This document shows positions 40,657-53,948 of a stretch of DNA of 64,000 bases, in pieces (positions within the stretch are counted from its first letter, which is position 1; the number at the start of each line of letters is the position of its first letter). The stretch comes from Basidiobolus meristosporus CBS 931.73 (taxonomy: Eukaryota > Fungi > Basidiobolomycota). Both the position numbers and the translations under genes were made by a program. The stretch lies in NCBI GenBank assembly GCA_002104905.1, contig MCFE01000030.1, forward strand, positions 160,927 to 224,926, written 5' to 3'. The notes under the pieces were generated by a model. It was not told the origin of the DNA. It saw nothing but the letters and a program-made list of their open reading frames with translations, and did not search any database.

Positions 40657-41936
40657 AAGCGAGGATCTTTGTGAACTTTTGGGTAGGCACGCTACGTTTT
40701 GTTTGCAAATGCAATTTGTCAATTGACGCATTCTGGCAATTTACTTCACACACTACCAACTTCATTCCTTAGTCTTTTGTATGGTTTAGATTTATTTCAG
40801 TAGTTCACACATTCCCATCTTTCAATAATTCCCGAATCAATCCTCCCTTTTACTACACTTAATTACTAATTTTCACTGGATTTATCGCTCACTTAGTACA
40901 CTGGTTAACTTACACATCCATCCCTTTATTAAGATTTAGTTTAATTTGAATTTTGTCCCTAACCTGCTTTTCATCTCATCCATTGGCTCGGCCAGCTGTG
41001 GCAATGCATGTCCTCCACTGCTGCTAGAGCCGTTCTCATCCCACCTTTCTTGCTCCTTCGAGATTAATTTCGCTTCACCTCACATCATATTTGTGGCCGA
41101 TTTTTGAAACCAATTTATTCACTAAAGAGTGGGGAGAGAAATTCGCGCATTGTGACTCCAAAACGAGCGATTGTTAACCTGTGACTGAACGAGTTGTGTT
41201 CCCGCACAGGGTGGCTGAGAACATCCGCAGTTGCTGATGGCTTGCTATGTTTCGAACTTGGCTACGAGGTAAGTGTGGGAAAGCTCCCTTGCTGCTGTTC
41301 CCTATTAGTGTAGTATGAATCAGCGGTTTATAAAGCTACCTGAAAGCCATGGCATCAACGCCCAGACTCACCAAAAGTGCCAGGAACCGAGCCAGTCCCG
41401 AGGCGTACCTGTATAGACACTAGTCCTCGCCTTGATTTTGTGAAATGGTTCCCAGGATGATCCGATGGTTCATATGGTTATGGCACTGATGGCTCCCTGC
41501 AATTATCAGCATGGTGCGCATTTCTGGTCGAGTGAATCGATATAGAAGCTGGATCAGAAAGGGCACTATCGGCTTTGCGTGCTGCTCCTGCGGTGGCACA
41601 CAGTCACCAGTGATAGCAAGTGCCTGCTAATGCCAAGGCTTCGTGGTCTCGTTGGCCGCCAAACGACGATCAATACCATCGAAGCCTACTTACAGACGCA
41701 TGTGCCCGATGACTGCTCGCCGACTGCATAGTCCCCGGCTGAGATCAGTGCAAGATGAAGCTGGAATGGTGCATTCTGTTTCTGATGAGATGGGTGCCTT
41801 GCACAAGCACTAGGGATTTTATTCGATGGAGGAGAGAACCTCGGATGATGTTATGCATTGTCACTAATATGAATGGAGTATACATTATTAAATGGTCTGA
41901 TCATTTGGTACAAATGTAGCATGAACTAGAGTGGAT

Positions 41937-43878
41937 TTAGAGTTTTGGCTTGGATGCCTGCTTGGCAAGGTCCTCCTCGAAAACTTGCTTCATTTGTTCG
42001 GCAGATTCAGCCAACAAGTGGTTAAGGGTCTTGGATCCCAAGTGCATGCTGGTCACATTGAAGTGAATGGCGTTGTTCTTGATGATGTAGCCAATGCCGA
42101 AGCCATCGGGAACCACCTCGCCGAAGCCCCAGTTATCAAAATGCTCACTAGCAAGCTGTGAGGTCGAAAGCTTCCAATGAGTGGACTTGGTGTAGCCTTC
42201 ATCAGTGAAGATGCTAGGCTTAGGCTCATCAGGGCGCAGGCTAAGTCGGAGTCCAAAGAGGTGACGATCAACGCCCTGTCCTTCCGCAGCAGCTCCTAGA
42301 TACTTGACGTGACCGTCCATGGCAGATCTTGCCAATGCAACCTTTTGATCATTAGGAGCATCGACGTCTTCCATGGCCTTGACAAAGGCAACCGATTCGT
42401 TGGAGACAGTACGGCCGGTTTCTGTACGGCCATGTTCAAACTTACGGGTGGTGGCAGCTTCATAGGTTGCGCCACTGGTGCCATACATTTTGTAGTAGGC
42501 AAGTTGGATGATCATCTGGACAAATGCATCAGGGCTAGAGCGGAACTTCTTGATCAGGTTCTTTCCATATCCGTGATAAGCAAGGGTGCTAAGCTCTTGC
42601 TTGCCCATTGTGTTGTCGAAGTTGGCTTCAGAAGCCTTGATGGTCTTCAAAACCTCGTCGTTGAGTGCGAATTTCAGCTGCTCGGGTGCCTGGAGCTCCG
42701 GTCTGACGGCTTCCGAACCATAGTTCACTGTATCCTTGGCGATGCTATTCAGGATGTAGTCGTTGAGGCGGGCATTAGGAGTACCGTCCATGCTAGAGTG
42801 CTCAGCTAGGAATCCGGCCTTTCCGTTCTCGAAAACGAAGAACTGAAGCGATTTGTCGAAGTATCTGTTGCGGCCATCACCGCCCCAGCAGGCCCAACTG
42901 TGCTCATCCCGCGTGACAGGAGCAGTGTCATCAAGGCAAAGAAGCAGAGTAGCGCTTTCGAGCTTCTCTAGTAGCTTCTCATTTTCTGGGGCCGATTTAA
43001 TCAGGAGATCACGTGCATCGGTCCAGGTATCACGGTTATCACAGGTCAGAACACCAAGAGCAGGCCCTTTCTCATTTCCGGCATCAGCAATGATTCTCTC
43101 TAACTGAGATTCAATCTCAGCAGCAGATAACTGCTGTCCATTGTGGAACATGTCAAGAATGTAGAACTTGTTCTTTCTTGCGACTGCAATGTGAGTGTTG
43201 GCGTTGGGGTCGAAGGTCACCTCATAATCAATGGGCTTCTTGGGAATTCTGCACGCATTGAACATATATTTGTAAGAATACATGCAGAATGGATAGGCTT
43301 TCGTTCTTTCAGGCTCAAGATCCCCAGTAATAACCTGCTGTCTGAATTCCATGGCGGCGGTCAAAATGCTGGCTGCTCTTTTGACTTGGCTCTTCCTACG
43401 AGGGTCGTCCTTGTAGGTGAAGAAGTAGCTGACATAGGGAACCAAAGGATCTCTGTATCCCATGTAGGCCAAATCGTTCCACCAATCCTCTAGCCAGTTT
43501 ACGCATTTTGGATCAGCAGCCTTGGCTTCCAAACGACGCTGAAGCTCTGCACCAACGCCAGACTTTTGAAACTCATCTACGGCAGCTTCGGTTTGGGCGT
43601 ACTTGGCATCGTCGAGCAATGGACGAACACTGCGAAGATACTTTGAGCATGTGTCGGCAAGAGCTGGGACGGGGAGTCTTGGCAACGACTTTTGAAACTG
43701 ATACATACGCGAGCTCTCGACACTCGCTGCTTGCTTAGCCTGAGCACCAAGAGTATAGAGACGCTATCAATGGGAAACAAGATCAATCAGTAATTGGATG
43801 GCTCCATGACAAACACAACATATATACTTTGTATTGAGGCTTGACAGCCTTGGCAATTATACTGCGAGCAGCGAACAT
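41937..43878 (-). CDS. CAT2: Carnitine O-acetyltransferase
   Basis: LPRLPVP, NWLEDWW, GRNRYFDKSLQ, EHSSMDG, TYEAATTRKFEHGRTET, GQGVDRHL and STSQ motifs, plus a short 5' exon MFAARSIIAKAVKPQYK at 43878. Confidence 0.95.
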
Positions 43879-44545
43879 GGTATCCTCCTAAGAAACTGGG
43901 TAAAAGAGCAATAGGATAGAACCTTTATCAATTAGAACTTCGAACAAGACTACAGTTTTAAATATATCTGAGGTAGCACCAGATTTATTCGCATCTGAGT
44001 CTCTGAGATAAAGTCAGATTATCCGGCAAACTGTTGCAAGCCTCAAATTGCCTCCGTCAACGCTACCAAGTATTCTGCCATTCAATTGGTGAACAATTTT
44101 GTATTCAATATTTTAGGAATCTATATGAATTGAGCACATGAACGTCCCATCAGCAGATTTGATTATCTTGTAGCTCACATTTATGCAACGTCAACCTCTC
44201 CGGCCATCACTCTGCTTGATGTATGAATTACCGACATCAACTGTTTGTGTCGTCAACTCAAATGCTTTTAGTCACCTCAATCAAAGTCGATAGATTCAAA
44301 CCAATCAGCATTGCCCCAAGCAGCACCACTTGATTGGACCCCTCTGATCACATGATTAGTGGGAAGAGATAGTGCCGGATTCTGGGCCGAGCTGAATCAA
44401 GGAGCTGTTCCGTGCCATGTCGTGAGAAAAATACTTTCTGCTGTTTGGATCAAATCAACCCATTCATGGCATTTCCAATCAGCCTCTTGCTTCGCTTGAT
44501 CCATCAGTTTATCAATTGGAGTATATTTGCACGTTAATCGTAGAC

Positions 44546-45994
44546 ATGACTCAGTGTGCATATATGTCTGCTGCAAGTTTTTCCAGTACAGCGGTCTCCC
44601 TATTCTACCAGAGAGCCGAGCAGCGTTACCTGTCAGGCTGCCCACAACTGGCAATTTATGATGTACTCAAGTGTCTGGAGCTAGCGCCCGAGGATAGTTG
44701 TTGGACCCACAAAGGTTTCCTGCTACTAAGAAACGTTTGTGTTGCGACAGGCTGGGAGCCCTCAGACATCGCCAACGTTCTCTCTTCCTCAACCGCGGAA
44801 AAATATATAAAATATCTTTCCGGCGAATATGCTCAGCGCTTCGCCACCATGAAGACTCCTGAAGCTATTTCGCATGATGAAGGGCTAGATTCAAATCAAG
44901 CCAACTCACTTGTGGATTCTATTACTGGGAGTGCTATATTACCTGTTACAAATTTCAAAGCTTCCAATTTTCAGCTTAAGCTGACCAGCCGTCCGAACAA
45001 TAGAAAAGACCCACGATATTATCAAAAGGTCATCTCGGAAAGTTGTAAGCTTAGAGGAGAGCCTCAGAAAATGAAGATTCACTACGAAGAAGATGGCTGT
45101 GGAAATCGTGTTGTTGCAACTCAAGCCATTCAACCGGGAGAAACTGTATACGTTGATCAGAGCCCTATCGTCTGGATATTAGAGGATATCTACAAAAGAA
45201 AATATTGCAGCAATTGTGTTAGTACACTTGGTAGAGATCGTGTTACTTGCCAAAGCGGATGCACTGGAATATATTATTGTGGAGCTGACTGCCGAGATGA
45301 GGCCTGGAACAGCCATCATAAGATCATATGTACTAGTAATAATTCACAAAAGGGCTATGCCCAATATGACCTGTCCCTCAATGCGCAACTCAGCGGTGAG
45401 CTTGCCGCCAGATGTTTAGCCAGCGATGATCCCAACCATCAACAGGAGCCTTTATCTTATTCAGGCCTTCCTTACCTATTTAGTCTGGGTGATGTGGACA
45501 CCTCGACTAGTTCGTACATTGAGGAAATTCATCGCTCTTTAGCGGGAACAACTGGCAAAGCGTGTATTTTATATTATCTTAGAGAATACATAAGCCTAGT
45601 AGAATTTCTTGAGCTTGATAGATTCCATGTGGCAGATGCCCTGCATAGTTTCGATTTTTCTTGGTTTGTGCATCTTCAACTTCTCATCGATCCTAATGTT
45701 TTCACTCTCTCTACCAAGAAAATAATTGAAGCAGGGGCCGGACTGTACACACTAGCAGCAATGGTGAATCACAGTTGTGAGTCTAATTCTAAATTCGAAA
45801 CCGACGGATTGAACGTCAAGATCTTATTGAGAAGTAACCGTAGTGCTGGAGTTGATGCTGGTGATGAGATTACAATCTTTTATTACCCGGTCACTAATCT
45901 GGACCTTCATACCAGAAGAAAGCATCTTGGCCCTATTTATGGGTTTACCTGCCAGTGCTCGAGATGTTTGAGAGAAGAAGCCTTATTAACTTAA
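44546..45994 (+). CDS. SMYD-type SET and MYND domain lysine methyltransferase with TPR-like N-terminus, single exon
   Basis: GNRVVATQAIQPGETV, MYND finger (CSNC..CQSGC..YYCG..C..AW..HHK.IC), NHSC, DEITIFYY and post-SET FTCQCSRC. Start codon uncertain. Confidence 0.88.
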   Translation: MTQCAYMSAASFSSTAVSLFYQRAEQRYLSGCPQLAIYDVLKCLELAPEDSCWTHKGFLLLRNVCVATGWEPSDIANVLSSSTAEKYIKYLSGEYAQRFATMKTPEAISHDEGLDSNQANSLVDSITGSAILPVTNFKASNFQLKLTSRPNNRKDPRYYQKVISESCKLRGEPQKMKIHYEEDGCGNRVVATQAIQPGETVYVDQSPIVWILEDIYKRKYCSNCVSTLGRDRVTCQSGCTGIYYCGADCRDEAWNSHHKIICTSNNSQKGYAQYDLSLNAQLSGELAARCLASDDPNHQQEPLSYSGLPYLFSLGDVDTSTSSYIEEIHRSLAGTTGKACILYYLREYISLVEFLELDRFHVADALHSFDFSWFVHLQLLIDPNVFTLSTKKIIEAGAGLYTLAAMVNHSCESNSKFETDGLNVKILLRSNRSAGVDAGDEITIFYYPVTNLDLHTRRKHLGPIYGFTCQCSRCLREEALLT

Positions 45995-46083
45995 GGATTG
46001 AGCTAGTCTTGATATGTTCTTCATCATTCAATAAACATGATTGTTATAAGAAATCATTGTGTATATGCAAAATGATATTTGCA

Positions 46084-49000
46084 TCATGAAAGGTATGTGT
46101 TCAACCAATCCAAGAATGCTTGTAAATATTTCTTGTCTTGACAATTTAGCTTCATGAAGCTTCTGCAAATTGATTCACAATCAGCGATAGTTGGATGCAC
46201 TACCATCAATGGGTCTGGATATTTAAATTGGCTAAAGCATTCGGCAACCTTTTGAGCTAATACATAATTAGGTGAATTCATGAACAAATACAAAATACAC
46301 CTACCGCGATCGACGATGTCGTTGGGAATTCCTGCCAAATGCGCACTGTGGCATCCCCATGAAGTAATCGATTTACCAGGGATAATACTGCTCGAGTTAA
46401 TATATTATCACCTGTAGGCTAATAATAGCTCACCTGAATAGAAATGTCAATTCCTTGTTAGGTAGCTCTAGCACTTTGGTCATTGACCAATTGATCATTG
46501 TACTTGGCTCGATCCAATCATTTTGGAGTATTTCTTGTAGAGGTTTGAATGAATAATTGATGGTATATATATTTCATTTATATACCAACCAAGAAAGTGT
46601 GTGGCTGCTATGATTTTGGGACATTCATCTTTCTTCTTGACGAAGTAATTGATCAGACCACACAATAGCCCAATACCATCTATAACCCTATCAGTATTGC
46701 GAAGAGCACAACCAGCGTAATGGAAAACGTCACCTGATCGAATAGTTCCTTTACCAAACTCATCAATTAGAAGCAATGAGCGGCTAGTTGAATACTGGGT
46801 TGCTAGAGCCACTTGTTGGAGATCATACATGAAGGCACTTTGGACCTGTTCATCAAAAGTCTTAATTCTAGCGTTTTTTTGCTATTCTACAGAGCTGGTT
46901 ATACTTTAGAGACTGTTTCCTTGGTCTGGACACGCGTAAATATCTTATCTGTTAATCCAATAATTGCAGTTTCGGCGGGAACGTAGCTATACAAAACTCT
47001 AGCAAGGTGTTCTTACAGATTGTTTATCATTGCTTACCATCCAACATGAGCCATGTACGTGATTATTGCTATCTATCAATAGAATATTACTTCCAACAAT
47101 TGAGGCAGAAGCGTTATGATCATACCTGTTTCAAATATACACTTTTTCCAGAGTTGTTTGAACCACTTAGAATTGTGATCCGTTTTTCACTATCAATCCA
47201 CGTGTCATTTGTTACGAATACTTCTGTTCCTAACTCTTGAAGAGGGTGTCTGTGTGGAATACGTCGGTACGGTGAACCCTGGTGCACAACAAAAATATTA
47301 CCTTCCTTTCTTGATCTTTATAACATTTTCTTGAGTTACGGATGGTCTTGTATAATTGTACTTGCGCGCAGCAATAGCCATTGCAAGGTTACTACAAAAA
47401 CTCTAAGAATTACTAGATCACATTTAGAATTCAACGAGATACTTCTACCAATCCAGTTCTGCACAAAGGTTGGCACTTTCTATCAATGCTGCGCGGTAAG
47501 TGACAATTTTTTGTTGTAAACTTTGAATGATCTCAATTTCACGATCTACAGGATATATAGGTAACCAAATTGTGCAAACAAACAATTATGGTTTGCCAAC
47601 CTATAATCGACCCATGGATATCGCCAATTGAGTCATCAAGTTCTAAGTGGAGTAAAATAAATCAAAGGACGCTCGTGCTAGGTGCAAAGTAAGCGTACCT
47701 TTCATCCTATAGTTTTTGTAGTATATGCTGTTGGCAGTACAAAACTAATAAACCAATAAATAGCCATTCTTCACTTTGAACTAATACCACCTCAACCTGA
47801 AACTCCAAATTTTCTATAGCAAAGTTGCTTTCTTCCAGGTCGTGTCTGAACGGAATTACAATAAGGTACCCCAATTGAGGAAAGTAAACAACATTCAAGT
47901 TCTGAGCCAGATCAGGTGAAATATCTCTACTGATCTCCACGGCTACATGCGACTATTATTTGACCTGAATGAGGAGCAAGAAAAACTGAAGCATGTATGG
48001 AATCATTACCAAGAAACCCGACAGGCCATTGTATAATCGTTTCATCTCATCTAATTCCTAAATCAGCTTCAGCTTTACTGTACTTGATAGATTACACACT
48101 GAAGGCTCACCTCGTCTACATCGCTTTTTATTACCACTCGATCTTCACATAGACTTGCATCAAAATCGATCTATTTGGAGGATTTTAGCTGAACTAGTGT
48201 ATATTGTGAAAGTTCAATGAAATTTACCAAATCGTTAATCCAGGCACCTATATTCTTGAAGTCGGTGATGACAAACACTTTTTGTATCTAAATAATATAT
48301 ATATATATGTCAAGCAAAGTCCATATACATCTGTAATGAATATATGTACCTTGAAAAATAAAGGAAAATTCGTTCCACCCGTTTCATTAATCAAATGACT
48401 TATACGTAGGCAGCTATAGACAAACTGGATATATGATTAAAATACTGTAGATATTAAATACAGATATATCACTCACTTTCAGAATAACCTGCCACTCATG
48501 GACAGTGGTCCTTCCAAGTAGCTTTTCCATAACCCTGGGGATATTTCGTATTTGCTTGAGACAGCTTCGAAGCTGGTCCGCAAGAAATATACTTTCTGAA
48601 CGAAGGAAAAACTCCACAATGTCAAGTCGTTCATTAATAACATCCAAATCTCTACTGGGGCGGAGTAGCCACAGACGAAGAAGCTGACTCCCAATCGTAC
48701 TCTTGGTCTCATTTAGGATTCCTGGTATATAATGATAAATAGCCATAAGCATTGATACTGAATTGATGACTCAAACCGAAGAGTGAAGCCCCTTCTTTAC
48801 TCTTGAGTTGCATATGCATGTTAGGGTGGATTTCCTCTTCAAATATTTGTAAAGAGCTGATATATCCTGTTAAAGTGATGAACTAGTCACAATATTGAGT
48901 TCAACATGTATCTTACGCGATTGTGTCTTCACTGACATTCAGAAAGGAGTTTCTATTAGGAAAGTTAGTTGATATACATAAAAATATATATGATAATCTG

Positions 49001-50104
49001 ATACAATGAGAATTTCTGAATGTCTATTATCTCAAACGCAGCGAGAGTTCCTTCTCTTGCCTGACGAACGACATTTTGAGTATTTAGGTGGGAGAGCAAA
49101 GCATTCACACATCCAATCTGGTAAAATGTATTAGTATAGGTCCCCTTCAACTGACAAATAAACTACCAATACCGTCATTTCATTTGACACACTCGCAAAT
49201 GCTGAGAAATACAAGGATTTCTCATCGTTTTCCATGTTGCGAAGCTTACTGACTCTGAGAGACAGTAATTTGTTTTTGCCATTAGGAAATGAAAACTCAG
49301 TACTAGGACGAAGCCTCAATTTGACTTTGACTACTCTCGAATTAGTGCAAGTCTAATTCCAAAACAATACCAATTATTCTTACCAAACTCGCCCAACGTA
49401 TTTAAAAATGACTCGTCTGAACGTAAACAAGATATAATGATTGAAGGGGAGAGTTGCAGATTTACTGTAAAAATATGTCAGTAATAGTCATATAGTAGCG
49501 GGTACTATAATCTTTAGGCCCTACACATTCGGACAATATCGAAATTTTCGTTTTCTTGACAATCATCCATCAGGTACATGATACCGTTAGAAAATGAATA
49601 ATACGCACATCCCAATTTTTTTTGTTTATAATTGATTGCTAAGATAACCTTAAAATGTATTAATCGTTGGTCATTGGGAATATAAAAAATGGGTATCACA
49701 CTTCAACTGGCTCTAGCTCTACCAAGGTATCCTCACCATGCACGAATATGTCGTCATTACGAGTCCTCTTTTTTGTAGAGTAATTGGAAGCGGGTATGGT
49801 ATCTGATGGAATCTCTTGTTGTGGGAACGTAGGCTCCGAGTTTGATTGATCCAATGACCTAAATTTACACTATTTACACCCAAGAGTAGTAGGGATATCC
49901 AGGAACCAAAATGTACCGATTGAGCGATAGATCATCAGAATGGTTTTCCAAATTGAAGTCATTGGAAGAGTATGATTCTTCCTGAGGATTTCCATTGATT
50001 GAGGCCTTGTTGGTCAAATTCTGTGTCATATAATCTTGAATTTCTTCCGCAATACCACGTCTTCTGGCAATTGAGTAGGCGCTCAATTGGTCTTCATCTG
50101 TCAA
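46084..50104 (-). CDS. MSH5: MutS homolog 5 (meiotic), many introns; start approximate
   Basis: KLGCAYY..YLMDD, TKSTIGSQLLRLWLLRP, VYFPQLGYLI, and LATQYSTSRSLLLIDEFGKGT..DGIGLL..CPKIIAATHF, which are MSH5-type signatures. Confidence 0.9.
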
Positions 50105-50770
50105 CGTATATTTGGAATCTTCATTTCCAGTGTGATCTTCATCGTTTCCGCGATTATCAGAATCTCATCAAATATATATTCTAATACAGGTCGACTTGAA
50201 TGCCGTGAGTTTATGCATACCTATTCTTCCATCTCCCTCCAAGATTTCTTCTTCCTTTAAATCTATATCTACGGTATAGAATTGGTTGTTCATAATGTAG
50301 ATAACGGGTAAGGAACTGGGAGATGCGTACTTATGATCGTGGAAAACCATGAATGCGTCCATGCGCATTTAGTACAGTTTCAGATGAAATTTTTATGGTT
50401 AGGATTATCCCTACCGATTGCCAATTTCTACATGAGATGACAGGTCCATTCGGACAGATGAATGTACACACGTGTAACCGTAATTCAAGATAATGTATGA
50501 TGGGTGAGAATTATCTGAATTGGGGAGGATTTTATTTGGCTGAAACGTTACTGAGAGTGCACATGTTACAGCGTTTACTCCATATAGGAGGAAAAACTCC
50601 TTTTTAAGGATTACCCTGTTCTTTATTACAGTTTATGAAGTCAACATACTATGTGCAATCTTCTGTTTCCCCATTATATGATATCCTGGTGGTTATAGCA
50701 TAATAATATTCCATATATCACTTTCTAAGGCCCTTTACTTCTTCTTCTACCGAATTAACAGTGGTGACTA

Positions 50771-51914
50771 ATGCTGAAAAGTGACACCGCCCGCTCTGAT
50801 TATCGCTCACTTGCTAAAGTCGGTGTTTCTGCCTGTTTAGCAACATGTGCAGCTGTGACTTTCTCCAACCCATGGGAGGTAAGCTATTTTTTGGCGATTC
50901 AATCAATATAATGTTAAGTTTACTAATACTTTGATTATCAGGTTGTGAAAACACGATTGCAGCTTCAGGGAGAATTAACATCCAAAAAGAATCCTACCAG
51001 TTTACGTCCTTATAACAATAGTTTTTCAGCACTTGTGGTTATCTTTCGAACAGAGGGCATTCGAGGGCTTCAGAAAGGATTGGGACCCGCCTATTGCTAC
51101 CAAATTGCCATGAACGGTACTCGCTTCACACTTTACGAGCCGTTTAAAGAGCTATTCAACAATACACTGTCTACTGGCGATGCCATGAGCACAGCAGTAA
51201 TTGCAGGGGCCGCTTCTGGAGTTTGCGCAGCAGCAGTCTCATCTCCGCTTTATTTGGTCAAGACTCGTATGCAGTCCTACTCTCCTGCGAATGCCATCGG
51301 ATACCAGCATTATTATAAAAATACTTACAGCGGGCTAAGCCAAATCTTTCGACAAGAAGGTATACGTGGTTTGTTTAGAGGTGTTGATGCTGCTATGATA
51401 CGTACAAGTGTTGGTTCGGCAGCCCAGCTTTCGACTTATGATAAATGCAAGCAAGCTATTCTGCGCTCTCCAGGTTCTGAAGATGGCTTCTACACACATT
51501 GTCTTGCCTCTATGATTACAAGTATATTTGTTTGCTTAGTAATGAATCCTTTCGACGTGGTAAGTACCAGAATGTACAACCAGAAAGGTAATGAGACAAC
51601 AGGCAAGGGCTCATTATACAGAAACCCAGTGCACTGTCTTGTACGGACAGTGTATACCGAAGGAATCTCTGGTTTGTATAAGGGAGTTGTAGCACATTAC
51701 TTGAGAATTGGGTAAGCTTCCCTTGATATATTGCTACTTTGTCCAGATTTACTTACATGAGTGCTTTATACAATTAGACCGCATACTATTATGACCTTCG
51801 TATTTATGGTAACATATTTCTCTTCGCGAGTTCCCTCGGAACAGATTGTTAATCACTCTGGTTATCTCTTTTCAGGAACAAATTAAGGGAATGATGAATG
51901 TCTGGTTTCCCTAA
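50771..51914 (+). CDS. OAC1: Mitochondrial oxaloacetate/sulfate carrier (SLC25A34/35-like), multi-exon
   Basis: AVTFSNPWE/VVKTRLQLQGEL, GLQKGLGPAYCYQIAMNGTR, PLYLVKTRMQS, RTSVGSAAQLSTYD, NPFDVVSTRMYNQ and YLRIGPHT. Confidence 0.93.
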
Positions 51915-52279
51915 ACTTGGCGACTTGATGCAGAATACCTCATAGCTGCTGAAATTCCTACAGATTTCAACCTTTCTCTCGTAAGTTATTATAAATATAT
52001 ACTGGTATCATACAGCCTACAATGTATAGACATCAGCTATATTGACAGTGTTATGCTTCCTGCAACTATGAGAAATTCACCAAACATGTATGAACTATAG
52101 AGCATGGATTATTAGGTACTAGAATAAATATCAGCAACAGCTGCAGCTAAGTGTTTCTTTGAACTAGAACTAGTACCCCATATTGTTTTATCAGTACCAT
52201 CCACATTGTTGAACTTGAATGCAGGGACCCAAAAGTGATATGTAGCATTTAGACAGGTTTGTAGTGTATTACTTATTGG

Positions 52280-53207
52280 CCAAAATAAGGCCATCACAGA
52301 TACTAAGTCCCATGATTAAGAGGTATTGATTTCATCAAAACTCTGTGCTAAGACCATCAAAAAATAATTGCACCCCAGATAGCATAAAAAACCTAGTCAA
52401 AATTTTTCATCACAACAATACAAAAGTGGCTTTTGATTGGTTCTTTGCCAGTTTTCTCACTTTCTGATCCCAGACAATCTATCACCTCCTACATTTGTGT
52501 GCATTGATTGGCTATTGCCTCTTTTACACACTCCTTATTACCTGACTCCACCTTTTCTCTTATTTTTCATGAATACAAATTGATTTATTTCCATTGAAAC
52601 TGCAGTTGCACCTCATTTGCCAATTGTATTTACCTATACAAGTCCCTATACCCTACACTAACATTAAGCCCAACCTCACACTCAACAAGTAACTCCATTA
52701 GAATCCATCACTCAATAAGTATTTCTGCTGTAATGCTCTGTTTCCAAAACTTTGGCAGGAACCCTACAGCTTTGTGCTATTGTTCATTCACTGGTTCCCA
52801 TACATCCTGGTCTTCAGCCAGCACTGCAAGGTCTAGCTCCTCATCTGCCAGTCTTTGCAATAAGTCCTTGCAATATTCAAGTGCATTTTCTTGAGCACTG
52901 CTCTTAAAGAAGTGCTGCAACCTCTTAGCATGCCTATTAATGTTCCAAAATTCAACTGAAGGCATTGTGATAGCCTTTTGAGTTCTTGCCATTGCTACTT
53001 TGTCTGTCAGTGGGATCTCCACTCCACCAACAATAGGGGACATGGAGGCTGTGGTAGACAAATTGCCTTTCTCTGCAAACTCATCTACCTCACTGGAGTG
53101 TAGCTCAACTGGCTGCGCTTCCAATTCTTGTGCAAACAGCTGTTTTCTCATTGGTAATTCTACTTGGCTATGATGGGATTCAGTCTGTTCTGGGCTTATG
53201 GTGTTAG
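52280..53207. mobile_element. Inverted partial copy of the CACTA family, cut by a Copia insertion
   Basis: Reverse complement aligns to ~9950-10970 and lacks the MITE. ORF 52777-53151 is homologous to ORF 9946-10269. Confidence 0.8.
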
Positions 53208-53948
53208 TGTTGTAAGAGTCTTGGAGATATTGGAAGTGATTTGGAGAACAAGTAGATTATGTGGTTTTCACTTAATGATTTATTGAAATTAATAGTAGCA
53301 TTTATACTTTTACCTGGTCTTGGCATTACAAACACGTAGAATAGGTTAAGGAAGGTCCCAAGAACATGTGTGCAAAGTTTGGGGCTGTTTGGACAACTTT
53401 GAGAATTTTCATGTTCTGGGTACCTGGTATTTTTGGTGAAAATATTCTAAGTAAATCCCAACAAGGAATTTGGTCAGTATTCTCTAGGATTTGAAGGTAA
53501 TGATCTAAGTGACTAAGTTAGGTGAATATTTAGGTGGAAATACAAATTTTTACAACACTCCCACTCAGCTAAATGTTCATACTGATTGGTCCTAATTTTG
53601 ACCTAAGATATTCAAACTTGTCTCTAGCTAATGGTTTGGTAACTATATCTGCAATCATTTCATCTGTAGGACAGTAAACTAAGCTAAATAAGTTATTTTC
53701 TATAGCTTCACATATTAAATGATGTCTAATATCTATGTGCTTGGTTCTAGCATGAAAAGTTGGATTTCTACCTAATTGTATACATCCTTGATTATCTTGA
53801 AATAAAGTAATAGGCGTTTTTTGACATAGGCCTAAATCTGTAAACAGCTTTCTTAACCACATTGCTTCTTTTGTAGCTACACAGGCTGCCATATACTCTG
53901 CCTCTGTGGTGGAAAGTGCTACGGTTGGTTGCTTTCTTGAATTCCATG
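53208..53948 (-). mobile_element. 3' end of a young Copia element (3' LTR 53208-53557, PPT, RNase H), truncated within pol
   Basis: Open RNase H frame SWNSRKQPTVALSTTEAEYMAA..QDNQGCI..HARTKHIDIRHH..ADIVTKPL, PPT GAGTGGGAG, and a 350-bp LTR. Homology stops abruptly at 53948. Confidence 0.93.
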
